The notes under the pieces are model-generated. The model had not been told where the DNA came from, did not search any database, and saw only the letters and a program-made list of their open reading frames with translations. A stretch of 64,000 nt of DNA from contig OX597837.1 in assembly GCA_951406725.2 (NCBI GenBank), forward strand, positions 4,774,001 through 4,838,000. Reading direction: 5' to 3'. The DNA comes from Octopus vulgaris (Eukaryota). A program made the position numbers and the translations under genes. Every line of letters begins with the position of its first letter. Within the stretch, counting starts at the first letter, position 1. Positions 53,873-64,000 of this stretch are shown here, one piece after another.

Positions 53873-54277
53873 GCCTTCCTAATTCTAGATGCACAGAGCG
53901 TTAGAGCACATGTCGGTCTAACAATTTGTATATCTTAACTTTTCAAACCTCTGCGCAGACGCAAAATATACCCGGCAACATAGGGCATGCCGGTAAAAAA
54001 TTTTACGAACAAATTTATCAAGTAATATGTGAACATAATCAAAAAGGGTGATAACATAGGTTACTATTTCCAGTGGCCTGGCACAAAAGACGAATTAGTC
54101 ATTAGACAAAATATTATTCATATAGAAATATTTTTTTTGTCTTTTGTTATTGATTTCTACTGTGGGCTTCATTCATTAATTTTTTTATCTTTTTTTTTTT
54201 TGATTTTATCATTTCATGCATGTGGACATTGCCATTAATTGTCTAACTCTGTCTCATCTGAATTGCTTATCAAATTT

Positions 54278-54596
54278 ACATACATACATACACACACACA
54301 TACATACATACACATACACACACACAGAGAGACACACACACACATACATACATACACATACACACACAGAGAGACACACACACATACATACATACATACA
54401 TACATACATACATACATACATACATGCATACATACATACATACATGCATACATGCATACATAAATACACACGCACATACATACATACATACATACATACT
54501 CACACACACATACATACATGGATACATACATACATACATACAAACAAACACATACATACACACACACATACATACATGCATACATGCATACATGCA

Positions 54597-54630
<34 letters not shown>

Positions 54631-54835
54631 CATACATATATACATACATACATACACATACATACATGCATACATACATATATACATACATACATACACA
54701 TACATACATACATACACACACACATACATACGTACGTACACACACACACATACACACATACATACATACATACATACATACATACATACATACATACATA
54801 CATACATACATACATACATACATTCATATACATAT
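54278..54835. repeat. (CATA)n/(CA)n compound microsatellite
   Basis: Read directly from the sequence. Confidence 0.95.
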
Positions 54836-54847
54836 GTGTGTATTATA

Positions 54848-55260
54848 GACGCAGAAGTGGCTGTGTAGTAAGAAGTTTATTTCACAACCACAAGGTTCTG
54901 GGTTCAGTCCCACTGTGTGGCACCTTGGGCAAGTGTCTTCTACTACTGCCTCGGGTCGACGAAGGCCTTATGAGTGGATTTGGTAGACGGAAGTTGAAAG
55001 AATCCTGTCGTATATGTGTGTGTGTGTGTGAAAGACAGAGATTGAGAGAGAGACACACACACATACAACCGGTGTTGGTGTGTTTACGTCCTCGTATCAT
55101 AGCGCTTCGCAAAATAAGATCGCTAGAATATGTACCAGGCTTGACAAAAAAAAAAGTAATTGGGTCAATTATTTTGCCTAAACACAAAATTTTCAAGGCG
55201 GTGCCCCAGCATGGCCACAGTCTAATGACTGAAGCAAGTCAAAATTAGAAGATAAAAAGA
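54848..55260 (+). mobile_element. SINE family A, diverged
   Basis: Homologous to 544-960. A further tail fragment lies at 55995-56255 (minus). Confidence 0.8.
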
Positions 55261-56812
55261 TACACACACACACACATTTATATATATACATATATACATG
55301 ACCACCATGACCACCACCACCACCGCCGCCGCCGCTACCACACCATACGGACCACTATACCATTAGCGGAACCAGCAGTACAAACGCAACCATTTACATC
55401 ACCACCATCATCACTACCACCGCCACTATAACCACAACAGCACATCCAAACATTACCACCACCACCACCACCGCTAACATACTATTGTGCACAGACACAC
55501 ACACACACTTCCACCACCACCATCACCGCCACCACCGCTGCCATAACCACTTAACGCTCGACATTATGGACGTTCAATATATGAGCCAGAACGAATCATA
55601 AAAGCTTTCTATCACGTCGTCCTCAACCAAGCAACGAATCACGTGACCAGGCTTTTTATCTGTGAACCTATCTGGCGGCCATCTTAACAGTCCAAATGAT
55701 CCAGCGGCCAGCCTAATAGTACAAACAGACGATGATTAACATGGGCGGAAGGAAGACATTACACGCGTCGTATGTCAATCGCCAGCGTTGATAACATGAT
55801 TAAATCTTCTTGACCTTCTTGCACGTATCTCTTGCAGTTATATAATTAATTTAGCTCGATGGAGGACTCCCTGGTTTTGCAGTCGATGGAGTTTTTATTT
55901 TTTGCGTTTTGGGGGAGTTTTTTGTGTGTGGTAAAAAATGGTTCGCTTTGATACTATATATGTTTGGGTTCGGTTTTCATGCGCGGTACCTTATCTTTTA
56001 TCTGTTTCAGTCATTGGACTGCAGCCCGGCTGGGGCACCGCTTTGAAGAAATATTGGTCGAATGAATCGACCCAGTACAAAAAATTATTTTTATTTATTT
56101 TATTTTTTTTTTATTTATTTATTTATTTATTTATCGCAAAGCCCGGTACTTATTCTGTCCGTCTCTTTTGTCGAACCGCTAAGTTAAAGTGACGTTAACA
56201 TACCAACATCGATTATCAAGTGGTAGTAGGGGACAAACACAGATACAAAGACACACACATATGTATACGTATATATATATATATACATATACATCCAAAA
56301 ATTAATGAATGAAATAGATAAAATCCCGGCTACATGTTTCATTGCTAGCGGAACCTTGGAAGTAGTAATTATCCAAACTAGGGGCAGACTGCAAGCTACT
56401 CTTCAGTCCAAGGATATCTTGATCATATGAAGTTTACATTGTCTTTAGGAGATCCCGTGTTCACCTTGATCCCTGACGAATATTCCATATAACTTGTCAT
56501 GGTCCATAATACATTCAGGACTTCCATACCAGGGTCAACGATCAGCCTGTAGGTTATGTATAAAAGAGGCATTCCACATTAAATCACAACTCTTCAATAC
56601 TACTAAATGAGTATAATGAGGCCCTAGGTACATGCAACCACCGCTTTTTTCATACCTTCAGATGTTGCAACAAATCTAAATGCAACCTACATCATCAGAC
56701 AGTATATATACCGAACTTTTCAATTTTTAATTTTAATTTTTTAATTGTTTAATAATATAAACATATATTTATGTTTATATAAATATATATAATATAAACA
56801 TATATTTATGCG

Positions 56813-56972
<160 letters not shown>

Positions 56973-57911
56973 GTGTGTGTGTGTGTGTATGCGTGTGTTT
57001 GTGTGTGTCCGTGTGCGTGTGTTGTTGCTTGTAGCGTGAAGTTCGTGAGACTGTTTCAGTTTCAATGAAAAAACTCCTGTCCTCTACAATATGTATTGAG
57101 CACTCCTATCTCATTCTAACGACATACTACTACTACTGCTACCACTACTACTTTATCACTATTATCATACTACTACTACTACTACTACTTCCACCACCAC
57201 CACCACCACCATTACTACCTTAGCATTACTACTTTACATCTACTACTACTACTACCACCACCACCACTACTACTATCACCACTGCTACTACTACTACTAC
57301 TATTACCACCACTACTACCATCTCCACTGCTACTATTACTACTGCTGCTACTACCACCACCACCATCACCACTGCTATTACTACTACTACTACCACCACC
57401 ACCACTCGCATCTCCACTGCTACTACTACTACTACTACTACCTCTACAGAAATCGATTCGATTTATGACATCACTCATCTTTTTTATTCTGTCCCGTACC
57501 GCCAACGGCGAAGTTGACCTTCGATCCTGTCAAAAGCAATTAGACTCAGACTTGATGGATACCGTGAAATCTAATGCTAACCCTGTGACCCGAGATCTTT
57601 TGAGAGGGGCATTCGAATCGTTTCTATTAAATTCTTATTTCAGCAAAATGTTTGACTTTTCTAAAATAACAGGTTTTCCTTCTTTTTGTTTTTTCTTTTT
57701 CTTTATTGGAAATACTCCAAATTCCTGTCTAATTCTTTCAGCATCGGCTAGATGTTAATGTTGTGGTTTTGGTCCTAGCTAAGTCCTGATGGACAGACTT
57801 AATAAGCAAAAGTTTTTATTTTCATAGATATATGTTCAACTGCTCCCCAACTGTGGTCATCTAGTCATTTTGTTTCTGTGTGTATATATACATGTATGTT
57901 TGTGTATGTGT

Positions 57912-57965
<54 letters not shown>

Positions 57966-58081
57966 GTGTGTGTGCGTGTGTGTAATGTTTATCGTCACTT
58001 AAACATGGATGCTCTATAAGAACAGATGATACTGTTATTTTAACCCCAGGAAGATGCGATAAACGTTACTTCTCAATTTAT

Positions 58082-58300
58082 GTTTCTTTATTACCCACAA
58101 GGGGCTAAACACAGAGGGGACAAACAAGGACAGACAAACGAATTAAGTCGATTACATCGACCCCAGTGCATAACTGGTACTTAATTTATCAACCCCGAAA
58201 GGATGAAAGGCCAAGTCGACCTCGGCAGAATTTGAACTCAGAACGTAACGGCAGACGAAATACGGCTAGGCATTTCGCCCGGCGTACTAACGGTTCCGCC
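58082..58300 (-). mobile_element. SINE family B
   Basis: Reverse complement of 2718-2950. More copies at 59295-59500 and 59795-60026. Confidence 0.85.
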
Positions 58301-58410
58301 TTCATCTCTTATAGCGATTTTCTTAAAAAGATCGGTGACATTGTGTCACTTTTTCTGTTATATATATTGCAAGCTGGGATAAATTACTGCTACGACAAGC
58401 GGACGAGTAT

Positions 58411-58690
58411 CTATCACCGAAGATCACCATAATAAGGTCGAAACTGCGCAGTCTAGTTGTCTCGGAGCTGGAATAGTAGGGAGTTATCTCCCCGCTTGCC
58501 ATATATATCAAGTGTGAAGCGCACGGAATAACCAGCTGGAGAGCTAGAAGAGGCGTCCTCAAGGATTCGAAATAACAGTATTGTCTTTTCTTATTGAACA
58601 GCCATGTCTAGGCAGCGATAAACATTACTTCTCAGTATAAATATTGCTTTTGTCTCTTATGGAGATTGTCTTCGTGAGCCAGTTTGCTTA
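58411..58690 (+). mobile_element. HHR element ending at (CATA)n (hammerhead 58411-58456)
   Basis: CCGAAGA-tc-ACC-ataataa-GGTC-GAAA-CTGCGCAG-TC. The downstream CCAGCTGGAG block is shared with the 2060-2340 element. Confidence 0.65.
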
Positions 58691-58702
58691 TACATACATA
58701 CA

Positions 58703-58801
<99 letters not shown>

Positions 58802-58823
58802 ATGAAAAGGAACACACGAGTTG

Positions 58824-59215
58824 ATATATATGAAAAAGCAAGTCGAGATAGAAAATGCTAAAATAATTTTATAAAGAACATTTCAGTACCGGTTTCAGTC
58901 ATTTGAGACCTTTTCAACTGTAACGATTAAATAATTAAATTTAGAAAAATTAAAAGAAAAGTTTTTTTAAAAGAATATTTGTATAGTGTTCAGATACAAG
59001 TGGCATTTTCCTTGTTTCTGCCTGTCTCTGTCTCTCTTGTTTACACTTGTGTAAAGAAGAGAGACTATACAAATATTCTTTTTAAAAAACTTTTCTTTTG
59101 ATTTTTCTAAATTTAATTATTTAATCGTTACAGTTGAAAAGGTCTCAAATGACTAAAACCGGTACTGAAATGTTCTTTATAAAATTATTTTAGCATTTTC
59201 TATCTCGACTTGCTT

Positions 59216-59227
<12 letters not shown>
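58824..59227. mobile_element. TA-flanked fold-back element with two inverted U3-A8 hammerheads (58884-58920 minus, 59131-59167 plus)
   Basis: About 163-bp arms 58824-58987 / 59064-59227. Motif: cag-TTGAAAA-GGTC-tcaaat-GACT-GAAAC-CG-GTA-ctg (the right copy has GAAA>AAAA). Confidence 0.8.
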
Positions 59228-59283
<56 letters not shown>

Positions 59284-60864
59284 TTATTTATTTATTTTGG
59301 CACAAGGCCAGCAATTTCGAGGTAGAGGATAAGGCGATTACATCGAACCCCAGAACTCAACTGATACTTATTTTATCGAACCCGGAAAGATGAAAGGCAA
59401 AATCAATCTCCACAGAATTTGAACTCAGAACGTAAAGACCGACGAAATGCCGCTAAACATTTTGCCCCGCGTGGTAACGATTCTGCCAGCTCACTGCCTT
59501 GCCAATAATAATGATATTGATGAACATTAAAGAAATGAAATAGAACCAGTGCGTGTGTTGTTATTATTATTGTTGGTGCAATGACCCTTCCAAGACACAA
59601 TATGATATATTTTTTAAACAGACCTATAAGCGCCGAATGTGTCATGGAAAATACAGGAATTCTCGAATTCAGGTTGGCTGTAGAAATCGCTTAGAAAATC
59701 GGATACATACCCGTTGGAAGAGGGGAAAAAATTGGATAACAAACAGGTAGATATTCGAACCCTACCTTTCAAAACGTCAGATGAGCTCTCTGTACCTATT
59801 TCTTTATTACCCACAAGAGGCTAAACACAGAGAGGACAAACAAGGACAGACAAACTGATTAAGTCGATTATATCGACCCCAGTGCGTACTGGTACTTATT
59901 TAATCGACCCCGAAAGGATGAAAGGCAAAGTCGACCTCGGCGAAATTTGAACTCAGAACGTAACGGCAGTCGAAATACGGCTACGCATTTTGCCCGGCGT
60001 GCTAACCATTGTGCCAGCTCGCCGTCTTTTGCTCTCTGTACAATTAAGCTAAGAGATCCCTGATAACACACAAACACTGGCACACACAGATATGTATGTA
60101 TTCATGTATGTATGTTTGTAGGTAGGTAGGTGATAGGTATAGAGACAGAGAGGATGACGGAATGAAACGAATGAAGAGCATCAAAAAGATAAAGAAAGTG
60201 AGACAATCCAGACAAAGTGTCTAGAGGATATTAAAAGTACTGTCAGCTTTGAGCTGATATCGATCTTGTAATTAAATTAGAATTTTAGTATTGAAACAGA
60301 TGTACAACTCCACGAATATAAACGGATAAAAGTGGGACAGCCTTATTTTTAGTGGAGAAATTAATTCGATGTCAACGAACAACAAAATACACATACATGC
60401 ACAGCATTCTTTGCCTACGTTTAAATCAATATATATATACATAGATACATACACACACATATATATATATATACATATATATACATACATATATATATAT
60501 ACATGTATATATATATATATATAAACATATATATATATATACATATATATATATACATATATATACATATATATATATACATATACATATACATATATAT
60601 ATATATATATACAATTACATATATATATATATATATATATACATACATATACACACACACGCACACATATATGTATGTATGTATGTTTATAAGGGATTAA
60701 AAACATATATAAGTATGTGTCCATGTATGTATGCATGTATGCATATATACATGTACATATATATATACACATATCTATATACATATATATATATATATAC
60801 ATATATATATGTGTGTGTGTATGTATGCATACACATTTATATATACATATACAGTTATATATAT

Positions 60865-60904
<40 letters not shown>

Positions 60905-60905
<1 letters not shown>

Positions 60906-61065
60906 AAGCTAAAGGCATTTCCGTTTCCGACGAAGAGAATAATGTTCGAAACGTCAAAATTTCTCTCTTTAAACCGAGCGTCAAACTAATACATTCCATG
61001 TGCAAATCCTATTGTTTATTATTCTTACTTTTAATATTTCTTTATTTCATTTGATAATATATGTC
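60905..61065 (+). mobile_element. TA-flanked HHR element (hammerhead 60924-60958), H1/H2-related
   Basis: ttt-CCGACGA-aga-GAA-taatg-TTC-GAAAC-GTC-aaa. Downstream GAGCG...CTAATACA is also found in H1. Confidence 0.65.
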
Positions 61066-61079
61066 TATATAGTCAAATC

Positions 61080-61147
<68 letters not shown>

Positions 61148-61307
61148 AAGTGTATTGTTCGGTGATGGCAAGATGAACAAAATTAAGTACTCCATCTAGT
61201 GAGAGATAAATATTATTTAATAAACCCATTATTATATTTTTATGAGTTGCTTTCATCGCATGAAACTAATAATAGCTCATAAAAATATATATACTGTTTA
61301 TTAAATA

Positions 61308-61346
<39 letters not shown>

Positions 61347-62248
61347 GAGATGTGTACATCCATTCATATATACATATATATGAATGTATGTTTTATGTAT
61401 TTATGCATATTATATTATATTATATATATATATATATCCAATACGTGTATATGTATATATACATGCGTACATGTATATATATATATATATATGCTATAGT
61501 AAGTTTATAATAGCATCTCTACATTCTATTGTGCATATATATAAATATACATACATACATGCATACATATATATATATATATACATATATACATATATAT
61601 ATATATATGTATGCATGTATGTATGTATGTATATTTATATATATGCACAATAGAATGTAGAGATGCTATTATAAACTTACTATAGCATATTTGGCGAACG
61701 ATATAAAGGATATAATGTCATATATATACGAAATTTCCTTCTTTTATCTTTAAATACATGCATATCTATATGGGTACATGTGTGTGTGCGTGTGTGTGCG
61801 TGTGTGTATGCATATACTTGTGTATGTATGTGTGTGTGTGTGTGTGTAAGTGTGTGTGTGTGTCGATCGATAGACGGATAAATAGAGGTATATGCTTCTA
61901 TCTGTCTATGCATATATGTATAAATGCATAAATGTATAAATATATGTAGAGACAATTTGCGCAGTGAAAACGAGAGAGAGAGAGAGAGAGAGAGAGAAAG
62001 AAAGAGTGAATGAACAAGGGAGAGAGAAGGAGAGTAATGGAATCGGCGTCTCTCATCCTGTTGTTGGTGATCAAATATATATCAAATATTGTGATCGATT
62101 ATTCCACGACTTAACAAATATTTCTCGTTACCTACAAACATAGGCACAGACACACGCGCACACGCACACACACACACACACACATACACGTATGCGTATG
62201 GACCTTGCGCGCGCACATGCTCGTATACACCACACACATACACATATA

Positions 62249-62448
62249 CTCTTTTTACTCTTTTACTTGTTTCAGTCATTTGACTGCGGCCATGCTGGAG
62301 CACCGCCTTTTAGTCGATCGAGCAAATCGATCCAAGGACTTATTCTTTGTAAGCCTAGTACTTATTCTATCGGTCTCTTTTGCCGAACCGCTAAGTTACG
62401 GGGACGTAAACACACCAGCATCGGTTGTCAAGCGATGCTGGGAGACAA

Positions 62449-62501
<53 letters not shown>

Positions 62502-62682
62502 TACATATATACATACATATATACGACGGGCTTCTTTCAGTTTCTGTCTACCAAATCCACTCACAAGGCTTTGGTCGGCCCGAGGTTATAATAGAAGACA
62601 CTTGCCCAAAGTACCATGCAGTGAGACCGAACCCGGAAACATGTGGTTGACAAGCAAGCTACTTACCACACAGACACTCCTA
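62249..62682 (-). mobile_element. SINE family A, full length
   Basis: Reverse complement of 544-960. Confidence 0.85.
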
Positions 62683-62769
62683 TTAAAAACACAACACAGG
62701 CATAGCACAGATTACATAAACACACACACACATACATACATACATACATACATACATACATACATACAT

Positions 62770-62805
<36 letters not shown>

Positions 62806-62928
62806 GCATACACACAGAAAAACAAATGCATATCTTCTTTTATTTTATGTTTCAGCCAGGTGGGTGTGGTCATGCTGGAGCACCACCATGAATATGTAGA
62901 TATAGATACAGATATATACATGTCTATT

Positions 62929-62968
<40 letters not shown>

Positions 62969-62974
<6 letters not shown>

Positions 62975-63166
62975 AATGTGAAACAAGGTGGAAAAAAGAG
63001 TACTCAAATACCAGTGGTAGAGTAATATGCTTTATTTTAAGCAGCAGAAAATTCAACAAAATCTGTTACTCTGAGTTTCTCGTTGCCGTTCAAAAACTGT
63101 CTGATGAACGGCAACGAGAAACTCAGAGTAACAGATTTTGTTGAATTTTCTGCTGCTTAAAATATA
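62969..63166. mobile_element. TA-flanked fold-back element with hammerhead 63097-63134 (+)
   Basis: About 60-bp arms 63033-63092 / 63104-63164. Motif: ctgt-CTGATGA-a-CG-gcaa-CG-a-GAAA-CTCAGAG-TA-acag. Confidence 0.8.
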
Positions 63167-63211
<45 letters not shown>

Positions 63212-63231
63212 TGCATTTATACGATATATAT

Positions 63232-63291
<60 letters not shown>

Positions 63292-63684
63292 ATGTATCTA
63301 TATATGCATGTGTGTATACATACATTCATATATAAATATGCATATATATATATACATATACATATGCATTCATACATACATACATATACATACAAATATA
63401 TATACACACACACATATATATATATGTACATACATATTTACATATATATACATATATAAATCGTATGTATATGCGTGTGTGTGCATGTTTGTATGTATCT
63501 GTAGGTATGTACGCGGATAATACATACATGTACATATATATGAATTTACATATATATATAAACATACATATACACATATATATAAATATATGTCATATAC
63601 ATATACATACATGCATGGATAAATATATATTAAATAGATATAGATATAGATATATGTATATATGCGCGCGTATAGGTGTTTAGG

Positions 63685-63718
<34 letters not shown>

Positions 63719-63927
63719 TGTATGGAGCCATGTTTACATTTAAAGGGACCGATTATAGAAATATGCGTTGGAAGATGAAATATGTTGAGGGCCAACGCTC
63801 GTATCATCCTCGGCTTTCATCTCTCTGTGTACACACGATGCAGTCTGTAGTGCAAACATGTTTTCCTCAGTCAACTGTTAGGCGACATGCTATCGTTAAA
63901 TGTAATTAGATGCGTGTGTGTGTATGC

Positions 63928-63958
<31 letters not shown>

Positions 63959-64000
63959 TGTTTAGAGATACAGACAGACTGACGGACAGACAGACAGACA

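Noticed and set aside
56350-56520. CCTTGGA/TCCAAGG hairpin around CTGAAGA (minus), with weak RTE-like translation
   Set aside because: There is no GAAA strand and the protein similarity is too weak.

Overview
Repeat-saturated, AT-rich eukaryotic DNA with no recognisable host gene. The tRNA-derived SINE families and the extreme microsatellite load suggest an octopus genome (inference). Nearly all ORFs in the track are microsatellite or SINE artefacts. Real coding content is all transposon-derived: an almost intact Neptune-type Penelope-like element (PLE; RT plus GIY-YIG, one nonsense codon, 36666-38963 minus), three or four fragments of a second PLE lineage, RTE-LINE fragments, and mariner and Tc1 remnants. 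The main hidden signal is about 30 minimal hammerhead-ribozyme (HHR) motifs, counting degenerate and truncated ones. Most lie 30-250 nt upstream of an element 3' end that abuts a (TA)n or related microsatellite, many sit in fold-back palindromes, and core variants recur (U3-A8, C4, U6). Four copies (24257-24322, 44312-44371, 48174-48232, 53488-53553) have the three hammerhead strands in the order cleavage site / GAAA / CUGANGA, which is not a circular permutation, and their stems co-vary. All folds were made by eye and no activity is demonstrated.
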